Shown in pieces: positions 49,763 through 58,711 of a stretch of DNA of 64,000 bases; position 1 is the stretch's first letter, and each line of letters begins with the position of its first letter. Location of the stretch: contig OZ244960.1 of assembly GCA_965222605.1 (NCBI GenBank), positions 736,001 to 800,000 on the forward strand. Reading direction: 5' to 3'. This stretch comes from Candidatus Latescibacterota bacterium (GTDB taxonomy: Bacteria > Latescibacterota > UBA2968). Position numbers and translations under genes: made by a program. The notes beneath the pieces are model-generated. The model was not told where the DNA came from. It saw only the letters and a list, made by a program, of their open reading frames with translations, and did no database searches.

Positions 49763-50695
49763 ATGAAAAAATTAGCTGCTGTCTTTGTAACCGCGACCCT
49801 CTTGCTTAACGCGATGGTTCCCACACTCGCGTATGCAGCCACATACCTGCAAGGCGCAGAGGTCAATGCCGGCATACTCATTCAAGATGCTTATGTTGCT
49901 GTCACCTATTACGATAGCAAGAATAAACAGACGTTAAAAAAAGGCTGGATTGATGCTATTGACGAGACTTCGTTTACCATTCGGAATGGTTTTTGGGGAA
50001 AGAAGACGATTGCTTACGATAAAGTCTTGTCACTAATTCTGAGCGAAGAAGAAACTACGCTAAGGCAAATGAATGAGGTAGATCGGTTTATTGGAAATAT
50101 GGCAGAAAGAGGAATAGAGACAGAGCAAGCCGCTATCCAACTGCTCAATCAAAAGACCATCACAACCATGCCACTTCGAGTGCGTGTATATGCCCCGTCC
50201 ATACAGAAGGGACAGATGGTTGGCAAGCTCATTAAAATGACGCAAGACACGCTGGTTATACAGGCAACACGAACTTCTCAGCAAGTACGCGCAATTTCGC
50301 CCCGCCGAATTCGTGCCCCAAAGGATATCCAACAAGGAGATATAACATTTTATCAAGTACCTATTACTTCAATCTCTCATCTCGAAGTGAGCATGGGACA
50401 GTATAGAAATACAAGCAAAGGCTTGAAAATCGGTCTTGCTACCGGACTTGCCATCTTTGCAGTTTCATACGCTTATGTAAAAAACCTCGAATCTCGTAAT
50501 CCTGATAATATCGACGGTCTAGCCATATTCATATTTGGGACTATAGCCGCTCCATCGGCCTTAGTTATCTCCACTCTGATTGGCGCAATAACAAAATCCG
50601 ACAAATGGGTTGAAGTGTCGCCCCAACGCCTCAACTTGAGCCTTGCCCCCACATCTGGCAAAGGACTTCGCGCTGCACTCACATTCAACTTTTAG
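49763..50695 (+). CDS. Array family B protein, copy B1 (lacks one internal domain)
   Basis: AAGGAG RBS; signal peptide MKKLAAVF..AYA; ends LRAALTFNF. Confidence 0.85.
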   Translation: MKKLAAVFVTATLLLNAMVPTLAYAATYLQGAEVNAGILIQDAYVAVTYYDSKNKQTLKKGWIDAIDETSFTIRNGFWGKKTIAYDKVLSLILSEEETTLRQMNEVDRFIGNMAERGIETEQAAIQLLNQKTITTMPLRVRVYAPSIQKGQMVGKLIKMTQDTLVIQATRTSQQVRAISPRRIRAPKDIQQGDITFYQVPITSISHLEVSMGQYRNTSKGLKIGLATGLAIFAVSYAYVKNLESRNPDNIDGLAIFIFGTIAAPSALVISTLIGAITKSDKWVEVSPQRLNLSLAPTSGKGLRAALTFNF

Positions 50696-50851
50696 TGATG
50701 TAAATGATTCAAATATAGAGTCGAAGTGCGTCAAAACATCTCATACCTTTTCATCCTATTCCTCAGAGCCATCCTCGAGATATCCAGAAGCGCGGATGCT
50801 TACACTTGATTCCCCTCTGTTCGTCGCAATGTCCCTTGTATTCAAGTCTCA
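50696..50851. repeat. Conserved ~155-bp element downstream of family B genes, copy 1
   Basis: TGATG.AAATGATTCAA...CTTGTATTCAAGT(C/G)TCA, also at 53853 and 56047. Confidence 0.85.
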
Positions 50852-50875
50852 GGCTCAACATCAGGAGGAATCATC

Positions 50876-51562
50876 ATGACACATATAGCAGCAATCGTAC
50901 TGCTTTTGGGTCTCTGTCTGCCCCAGGCTCTGTTGGCAGGGGAGGTCCTTCAAGTCGGTGAGATTGACAGTAGCAAGGTAAAAGTCGGTGCCTATGCTGA
51001 AGTCATCTATGGGACGGGTGAGAAACTCTCTACGGCACGCGGCTACATTCAGGCTGTTGATGCTGAGAGTTTGACTATTAGCCAGGATTTTGGGAAGCAG
51101 ATAGCTTTCGAGCGCATACAACAACTGATCCTTGCAGAATCATCTTTCGAAATAGACAGGCTTAAAGAGACAACGGATACGCTTTCTATAAAAAAAGAGA
51201 ACAAACCCAGGAGAATTGTTGGCAAGTTATTCGTCGGTGTTCTTGGAGGGGGTCTTTTCGCCCTTGCGGGGGCCTCAGTTGGAATAAATGTCGATAACTG
51301 CCCTGAGAACGAAACATACTGTCCATTAGGAAATTTTTTAATTGGTGGATGGGTTGGCTATCTCGTCGGCGTGCCCGCAGGCATGAGCTTATTTGATCCA
51401 TACGATCGATTTAAGGATTCATTGGCAGGTAGCCTGATCGGAGGTGCAACAAGTCTTGTGATATTCGCAGATGAAGAGATAGCGGAATATCTCTGGCCAG
51501 TCCTTTTTATTAGCCCCCTTGTCGGCGCAGCAATCAAGTTGGTGAATCTGACATTACAGTGA
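50876..51562 (+). pseudogene. Array family A copy A3, 3'-truncated by fusion to cassette 3
   Basis: Homology to A1 ends at PLVGAAI; the conserved C-terminal ...ATLRF is replaced by sequence matching 45217 onward. Confidence 0.78.
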
Positions 51563-52689
51563 CGGTACGAGATGCTGTAAATGACGAGGCATCCACAACG
51601 TTTAACCTGTCTGTTTCTGCGGCTACTCAAGCCATGGAGATCGCGGCAATAGCGAATGTGATAGCCACTCAGAATGTGACAATTACCCCCATAAAGGTAA
51701 AAGCGTCAGGCGGTAGCGGGTCCTATACGTATTGGATAGGGAGCAACCCTCCCCCAGCGGATGCCCCTCTCCCAGAGAGCAACCCTCCCCCAGGTTCTGG
51801 TCTTTCTATCGATTCCAGCAGTGGTCGCATTACTGGCACACCCACTGCGAGTGGAGATTTCACGATCACAGTCGCAGTGCGAAATGCTGTCGTTAGTCGT
51901 GCTCCCCACACACAGGAAAGTCGCTATTTCACTATGCGCGTGAGACCGCGCGTGACAGTCTCGGCAATAGACGATATAACGGTCACACAGAACACCGCTA
52001 TTACCCCTATACAGGTCTCAGCATTGGGAGGACAAACATCTTACTCCTATTCCATGTCCAGCAACCCTGCCGGTTCTGGTCTTTCTATCAACTCAACCAG
52101 TGGACAAATCACTGGCACGCCAGCACAGGCAGGTACTTTCACACTGACCGTGACTGTGACCGATGCACACGGCAGGACAGGAACAGGCAGTTTCTCCATG
52201 ACGGTAAATGCGCCCACACCCGTTTCGTCACTGACAATCGCAGAGATAAGTGATATAACGGTCAAAATAAGTGGTGTGCAGACGAACAGCCCCATTACCC
52301 CTATTCAGGTTTCAGCATCAGGAGGACAGACGCCATACACGTATTCTATGTCCAGCAATCCCGCTACAGGTTCTGGTCTGTCCATCAATTCGAGCAGTGG
52401 ACAGATCACAGGCACGCCAACACAGAGAGGCTCTTTTACACTGACCGTGACTGTAACTGATAATGCAAGTGCGACTACAACTGATAGCTTCTCGATGGCT
52501 GTCAGTCTGATAGGGGATTTTAATGATGATGGTGTGGTCGATACGTCAGATCATTTACTTTTTGTGGCCGTGTTTGGCCTATCCGAAGGTGATGATGGTT
52601 TTAATGCCGATATGGACCTAAATGGCGATGGAACCATTGGCACGCCCGACTTTCTAATCTTTGTAAGTCACTTTGGCTCCTCTGCATAG
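51540..52689 (+). pseudogene. Start-less cassette 3 (partial Ig + 3 Ig + dockerin)
   Basis: Starts at GAATCTGACATTACAGTGACGGTACGAGATG, matching 45221 onward. Confidence 0.8.
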
Positions 52690-52766
52690 TTTTTTTACTC
52701 CAGAAGATAGCTCATTGACTTTTGAGCGGAATCAATGAGGTGCATTTGTCTCAAAAGGAGAAACAC

Positions 52767-53852
52767 ATGAAAAAATTAGCTGCTGTCTTTGTAACCGCGA
52801 CCCTCTTGCTCAATGCGATGGCTCCCATACTCGCGTATGCAGCTACATACCTGCAAGGCGCAGAGGTCAATGCCGACACACTCATTCAAGATGCTTATGT
52901 GGCAGTCACCTATTACGATAGCAAGAATAAACAGACGTTGGAAAAAGGCTGGATTGATGCTATTGACGAGACCTCGTTTACCATTCGGAGCGGCTTGTGG
53001 GGAAAGAAGACGATTGCTTATACCAAAATCTTGTCACTGGTTATGAGCGAAGAAGCAACCACGCTAAGGCAAATGAATGAGGTAAATCGGTGGTTTATTG
53101 GAAATATGGCAGAAAGAGGACCAGAGACAGAGTTGGCTGCTATCCAACTGCTCAATCAAAAGACCGTCATAATCATGCCACGCGGACAGATTGACCCGTC
53201 AGAGATCTCAAAGGGATGGTATGCCCACATCGTCTATTCATCTCAAGGTGCTACAGGAAAAACCATTAGTCGAATTGCCGATAAGGACTCAAGCCGTATC
53301 GCCCTCAAACATGGGTTTGATACCCATAACATAGCATACAGCGATATTGATACTCTCATTGTTGCCAAACACCTGCGAGAGATCGAGAGTTATCGAGAAA
53401 CCGGTGCCAAATACAATGCTCGAGTGCGTGTGTATGCCCCGTCCATTCAGAAAAGACAGATGGTTGGCAGGCTCATTAAAATGATGCAAGACACGCTCGT
53501 TATCCAAAAAGGGCGTCGCTTTTATCAAGTGCCTATTTCTTCAATCTCTACATTCGACGTCAGCCTCAAACAGTATAGAAACACAGGCAAAGGCTTGATA
53601 ATTGGGCTTGCTGCCGGGGCTAGTATGGCTATCCTGATAAATTTTCCCACGGATGAGGGACCCGATTTGCAAGGATTAGTTCAAGTATACGCCACTATGA
53701 TAATCGTACCCTCAATTGTAGTTATCTCCACTCTGATCGGTGCAATGAAGAAATCCGATAAATGGATTGAGGTGTCGCCTCAACGCCTCAACCTGAGCCT
53801 TGCACCCACATCCAGTAAAGGGCTTCGCGCCGCACTCACATTCAACTTTTAG
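52767..53852 (+). CDS. Array family B protein, copy B2
   Basis: AAGGAG RBS; paralog of B1 and B3; ends LRAALTFNF. Confidence 0.85.
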   Translation: MKKLAAVFVTATLLLNAMAPILAYAATYLQGAEVNADTLIQDAYVAVTYYDSKNKQTLEKGWIDAIDETSFTIRSGLWGKKTIAYTKILSLVMSEEATTLRQMNEVNRWFIGNMAERGPETELAAIQLLNQKTVIIMPRGQIDPSEISKGWYAHIVYSSQGATGKTISRIADKDSSRIALKHGFDTHNIAYSDIDTLIVAKHLREIESYRETGAKYNARVRVYAPSIQKRQMVGRLIKMMQDTLVIQKGRRFYQVPISSISTFDVSLKQYRNTGKGLIIGLAAGASMAILINFPTDEGPDLQGLVQVYATMIIVPSIVVISTLIGAMKKSDKWIEVSPQRLNLSLAPTSSKGLRAALTFNF

Positions 53853-54010
53853 TGATGCAAATGATTCAAAGGCATAGAGTCGAAGTGCGTCAAAACATCT
53901 CACACCTTTTCATCCTATTTCTCAGAACCATCCTCGATATACCCAGAAGCTCGGATGCCTGCACTTGATTCCCCTCTGTTCGTCGCAATACCTCTTGTAT
54001 TCAAGTGTCA
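53853..54010. repeat. Conserved ~155-bp element downstream of family B genes, copy 2
   Basis: Aligns with 50696-50851. Confidence 0.85.
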
Positions 54011-54011
54011 A

Positions 54012-54873
54012 CATCACTGGCACACCCACAGCGAGTAGAGATTTCACGATCACAGTGGCTGTGCGAGAGGGGGCTGGTAGCCGTGATTTACCCACACAGG
54101 TCAGTCGTTCTTTCACCATGCGCGTGAGACCGCGTGTGACTGTCTCGGCAATCGGCAATATCACCGTCACACAGAACACTGCTATTACCCCTATTCAGGT
54201 TTCAGCATCGGGAGGACAAACATCTTATTCCTATTCCCTGTCCAGCAATCCTGCCAGTTCTGGTCTTTCTATCAATCAGAGCAGTGGACAGATCACTGGC
54301 ACGCCAACACAGACAGGCACTTTCACACTGACCGTGACGGTGACCGATGATCACGGCAGGACAGGAACAGGCAGTTTCTCCATGACGGTAAATGCACCTA
54401 CATCCGTTTCGCCCCTGACAATCGCAGAGATCAATGATATAGCGGTCAAGATCAGTGGTGTGCAGACCAACAGCCCGATTACGCCTATTCAGGTCTCAGC
54501 ATCAGGAGGACAAACGCCTTATGCGTATTCTATGTCCAGCAATCCCGCTACAGGTTCTGGTCTGTCCATCAATTCGAGCAGTGGACAGATTACAGGCACG
54601 CCAACACAGAGAGGCTCTTTCACACTGACCGTGACTGTAACTGATAATGCAAGTGCGACTACAACTGATAGCTTCTCGATGGCTGTCAGTCTGATAGGGG
54701 ATTTTAATGATGATGGTGTGGTCGATACGTCAGATCATTTACTTTTTGTGGCAGCGTTTGGTCTATCCGAAGGTGATGATGGTTTTAATGCTGATATGGA
54801 CCTAAATGGCGATGGAACCATTGGCACGTCCGATTTTCTGATCTTTGTAAGTCACTTTGGCTCCTCTGCATAG
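54012..54873 (+). pseudogene. Start-less cassette 4 (half Ig + 2 Ig + dockerin)
   Basis: Begins mid-domain at ITGTPT (CATCACTGGCACACCC). Confidence 0.82.
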
Positions 54874-54948
54874 TTTTTTTGTTCAGGGACAACTCATTGG
54901 CTTTTGAGCGGAACCAATGAATTAGATTTGTCCCAAAAGGAGAATCTC

Positions 54949-56046
54949 ATGAAAAAAACAGCCGCTGTCTTTGTAACTGCGACCCTCTTGCTCAACGCGA
55001 TGGCTCCCATCCTCGCGTATGCAGCCATATACCTGCAAGGTGCAGAGGTCAATGCCGACACACTTATTCAAGATGCCTACGTTGTAGTCACTTATTACGA
55101 TAGCAAGAACAAACAGAAATTGGACAAAGGCTGGATTGGTGCTATTGACGAGACTTCGTTTACCATTCGGAGCAGAGCAATTTTCGGCAAGGAGACTATT
55201 GCTTACGACAAAGTGCTGTCAGTGATCATGAGCGAGGAAGATGCCTCAAGAGGAAAGCAAATCAATGAGGTGGATCGGTTTATTCGAGAGATGGAAAAAC
55301 AAGAGGCAAGAGCGCGAGAGACAGAGCAGGCTGCTATCCAACGGCTCAATCAAAAGACCGTCACAGTCATGCCACGCGGACAGATTGACCTATCAGAGAT
55401 CATAAAGGGATGGTATGCACACATCGTCTATACGTCTCAAGGAGCTACAGGAAAAACCATTAGTCGAATTGCCTATAAGGACACCAGCCACATCGGACTC
55501 AAATATGGAACTGATACCCTTAACATAGCATACAACGATATTGATACCCTCATTGTCGCCAAACACATGCAAGAGATTGAGCGATATAGAGAAACCGGAG
55601 CCAAATACAATGCCCGAGTGCGTGTGTATGCCCCGTCCATTCAGAAGGGACAGATGGTTGGCAAGCTCATTAACATGATGCAAGACACGCTGGTTATTCA
55701 AAAAGAGCGTCGCTTTTATCGGGTGCCTGTTTCTTCAATCTCTAAATTCGACGTCAGCCTCAAACAGTATAGAAACACAGGCAAAGGCTTAAAAATTGGG
55801 CTCGCTGCTGGGACTATTATGACTATCCTGATAAATGTTCCAAACTGGGGCGGGGGCGATTTGCAAGGATTGGCTGAACTATTAGCCACTGCGATATACG
55901 TACCTCCACTTATAGTTATTCCCACTCTGATTGGCGCAATAACAAAATCCGACAAATGGGTCGAAGTGTCCCCCCAACACCTTAACCTGAGCCTTGCACC
56001 CACATCCAGCAAAGGGCTTCGCGCCGCACTCACATTCAACTTTTAG
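54949..56046 (+). CDS. Array family B protein, copy B3
   Basis: AAGGAG RBS; ends LRAALTFNF. Confidence 0.85.
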   Translation: MKKTAAVFVTATLLLNAMAPILAYAAIYLQGAEVNADTLIQDAYVVVTYYDSKNKQKLDKGWIGAIDETSFTIRSRAIFGKETIAYDKVLSVIMSEEDASRGKQINEVDRFIREMEKQEARARETEQAAIQRLNQKTVTVMPRGQIDLSEIIKGWYAHIVYTSQGATGKTISRIAYKDTSHIGLKYGTDTLNIAYNDIDTLIVAKHMQEIERYRETGAKYNARVRVYAPSIQKGQMVGKLINMMQDTLVIQKERRFYRVPVSSISKFDVSLKQYRNTGKGLKIGLAAGTIMTILINVPNWGGGDLQGLAELLATAIYVPPLIVIPTLIGAITKSDKWVEVSPQHLNLSLAPTSSKGLRAALTFNF

Positions 56047-56202
56047 TGATGCAAATGATTCAAGTATAGAGTCGAAGTGCGTCAAAACAACCCATACCTT
56101 TTCATCCTATTCCTCAAAATCATCCTCGAGATACCCAGAAACGCGGATGCTTGCACTTGATTCCCCTCTGTTTGTCGCAATGCTCCTTGTATTCAAGTGT
56201 CA
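56047..56202. repeat. Conserved ~155-bp element downstream of family B genes, copy 3
   Basis: Aligns with the other two copies. Confidence 0.85.
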
Positions 56203-56577
56203 GCATCCGGAGGACAAACGCCTTATACCTATTCCCTGTCCAGCAATCCTACCACGGGCGCCGGTCTGTCCATCAATTCGAGCAGTGGGCAAATCACAGG
56301 CACGCCAACACAGAGAGGCACTTTCACACTTACCGTGACTGTAACTGATAATGCAAGTACGACTGCAACGAATAGTTTCTCCATGGCTGTCAGTCTGATA
56401 GGCGATTTTAATGGTGATGGTACGGTCAATGTATCAGATCATTTGCTTTTTGTGGCCGTGTTTGGTCTATCCGAAGGTGATGATGGTTTTAATGCCGATA
56501 TGGATTTGGATGGCGATGGAACCATTGGTACGCCCGATTTTCTAATCTTTGTAAGTCACTTTGGCTCCTCTGCATAG
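56190..56577 (+). pseudogene. Start-less cassette 5 (1 Ig + dockerin)
   Basis: Begins at IQVSASGGQTPY; ends SHFGSSA*. Confidence 0.82.
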
Positions 56578-56618
56578 TTTTTTTGGTGCAGGAGACTGCT
56601 TTTTGTCAGGAGGAATAC

Positions 56619-57419
56619 ATGACACATCTAACAGCAATCGTTATGATTTTGGGTCTATGTCTGCCACAGGCTCTGTTGGCAGGGGTGGTCCTTAAAGCCG
56701 GTGAGGTTGACAGTAGCAAGATTGAAGTCGGTGCCTATGCCGAGGTCATCTATGGGACGGGTGAGCGGGATTCGGTCTCAGGAAAGTGGAAAAAACTGGA
56801 CACGGCACAAGGATATATTAAAGCCGTTGATGCAGAGAGTTTGACTATTGGACGCGGTTTTTGGAAGGAGCAGATTGCCTTTGAGAGCATACAAAAGCTG
56901 CTCCTTGCAGAGTCTGACCGCGAAATGGACAGGCTTAAAGAGACGACTGATTCGCTTTCTGAAATAGATAACAGACGACAAGGACAAAATAGAGGCGGAG
57001 GACGGATTGCCAAAAAGTTGGCAGGCGGCGTTCTTGGAGGAATCCTGTTCGGTATGGCGGGGGGCTTCGCCGGTGCGGTGATCGGTGACTGCGGAGAGAA
57101 CGTTTCATTCTGCGAATTAGAAAACTTTTTTATTGGTGGATGGTATGGCTATGTCGTCGGAGTACCCGTCGGCATGAACCGAATAGATCCACAGGATCGC
57201 TTCACATATTCATTGGCAGGTAGCCTGATCGGAGGTGCGGCAAGTCTTGTACTAACGGACTCCAAAGACGAGTTCTGGACTCTTATTATCTGCCCCCTTG
57301 TCGGCGCGGCGATCATGTCCGAATTTTTTCGAAAACCGTTAGAAGTTCGCCGTGTCTCCATCGGTCTGCTACCCGGTCCCAAAGGACGAGTATCCGCTGT
57401 TGCCACGCTTCGATTTTGA
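56619..57419 (+). CDS. Array family A protein, copy A4
   Basis: AGGAGG RBS; ends VSAVATLRF. Confidence 0.85.
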   Translation: MTHLTAIVMILGLCLPQALLAGVVLKAGEVDSSKIEVGAYAEVIYGTGERDSVSGKWKKLDTAQGYIKAVDAESLTIGRGFWKEQIAFESIQKLLLAESDREMDRLKETTDSLSEIDNRRQGQNRGGGRIAKKLAGGVLGGILFGMAGGFAGAVIGDCGENVSFCELENFFIGGWYGYVVGVPVGMNRIDPQDRFTYSLAGSLIGGAASLVLTDSKDEFWTLIICPLVGAAIMSEFFRKPLEVRRVSIGLLPGPKGRVSAVATLRF

Positions 57420-57530
57420 GTAGGTGACAAAAAACCTTCTGGATCGCGGCTTAAAAACACGCCGCGATGACACACGGGACGGCACGGGGACCGTCCCCTA
57501 CAACAACGGGCGAGCACGCGCAGCCCAACC
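57420..57530. repeat. Composite REP-like palindromic element, copy 2 (includes a GTAG-type REP on the minus strand)
   Basis: Near-identical to 46850-46955; minus strand reads GTAGGGGACGGTCCCCGTGCCGTCCC. Confidence 0.8.
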
Positions 57531-57558
57531 AAAAGCGCGATTATAAAACAAACGGCTG

Positions 57559-58608
57559 CTAAGATATCATGGCCGGCAAATCCGTCCGCTCGCCCCGGAC
57601 AGCTATTGCTTCTCGTAAACTGCGGGCATGGGGGGCTTCCCCGTTCAGGACCCGACCAATATCACCAGCCATCACTTCTGCCACCCGCAAGTTGGCATCA
57701 CGGGTGCGGCCCGCAATATGTGGTGTATGGACCACATTGATTCGATTTCGTAACGGATCGTCTTCTGGTACGGGTTCTCTATCATACACATCGAAAGCAC
57801 CTGCCAGCTCATTTGCAATAATCCGTTCCCTCAACGCTTCCATATCCACTGCGTACGCACGTGTGGTAATCACCACCAGCGCACCTTTTCGCAGCCGATA
57901 AATCCGCTCGCGTGACAAGATCTTCTCGGCCGATGGCGTCGGTGGAATCGTCACAACGACAATCTCACTTTCATCCACCAGGGCATCTATCTCTACACCC
58001 TCCACACCGAGCTCAACCAGCCGATCTCTGGAGATAAACGGATCATATCCCAGTACGCGTGATCCCAATGCGCTGCACCACTGTGCCATACGGCCACCAA
58101 TCTGTCCCAGCCCCATCACGCCAACAGTCTTTGAACCCAATGTGCCATTGACAAAATCGGGATTATCACAGAACTGGGCATATTCAAAATCCCACAAACG
58201 TTCGCCTGCAGCCATGCGTTTGTGCCATTGCGGAATCATACGCAGTGCATTCAACGTAAGTGCCAGTGTTATTTCAGCCACCGAAGTTGCCCACCCACGG
58301 GTCGCATCAATAATCGCAATATCGCGCTCAAACATCGGATCTACCGCCAGGCTGCGAAAGCCTCCTCCAAAAACACCACCTACAACCTTTAGCGCTGGCG
58401 CCCTTACCAAACAAGCTTCAGTCAATTGACCGCCAAACATCGCAATGGCAGAGACCCTGGAAAGGTCAGCTACTTCACCAATCGGCTGATCGCGTTCGAC
58501 GTTAACGACCTGGACTTCATCAATATCATTTAGCTGTTTCAGCAAAGCCTCTGGCACAAACGGCCACGACTTCTCCAGATTTTTGCTGCGTGCAAATAAA
58601 ATCGCCAT
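57559..58608 (-). CDS. D-isomer-specific 2-hydroxyacid dehydrogenase family protein
   Basis: SVAE, GVMGLGQIG, YDP, FDVYDREP, TPHIAG. Confidence 0.9.
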   Translation of the reverse strand: MAILFARSKNLEKSWPFVPEALLKQLNDIDEVQVVNVERDQPIGEVADLSRVSAIAMFGGQLTEACLVRAPALKVVGGVFGGGFRSLAVDPMFERDIAIIDATRGWATSVAEITLALTLNALRMIPQWHKRMAAGERLWDFEYAQFCDNPDFVNGTLGSKTVGVMGLGQIGGRMAQWCSALGSRVLGYDPFISRDRLVELGVEGVEIDALVDESEIVVVTIPPTPSAEKILSRERIYRLRKGALVVITTRAYAVDMEALRERIIANELAGAFDVYDREPVPEDDPLRNRINVVHTPHIAGRTRDANLRVAEVMAGDIGRVLNGEAPHARSLREAIAVRGERTDLPAMIS

Positions 58609-58657
58609 AACCAATCCTCCAGCAGACTCAATTGTTGATGCAGCCTGGTACATAGAA

Positions 58658-58699
58658 CCAAAAAACGGCGATGGACATAAATCCACCGCCGTTTTTTGG
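58658..58699. terminator. Bidirectional-type intrinsic terminator
   Basis: CCAAAAAACGGCG.TGGA...TCCA.CGCCGTTTTTTGG. Confidence 0.8.
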
Positions 58700-58711
58700 T
58701 TTAAGGGTTAA

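Noticed and set aside
47039-56577. Treating the Ig-dockerin ORFs (47039, 48648, 51559, 53965, 56197) as normal genes
   Set aside because: Their listed starts are internal or junction-derived codons without convincing RBS or signal peptide, and homology begins mid-domain; annotated as fragments instead.
45300-57530. Diversity-generating retroelement as the source of the repeats
   Set aside because: No reverse transcriptase in the window; the repeats are 0.4-1.1 kb and differ by indels and substitutions at all bases, not adenine-specific changes.
46088-57530. Integron cassette array or shufflon
   Set aside because: No tyrosine recombinase nearby, no consistent attC-like site between genes, all units in one orientation, and the cargo genes are paralogs.
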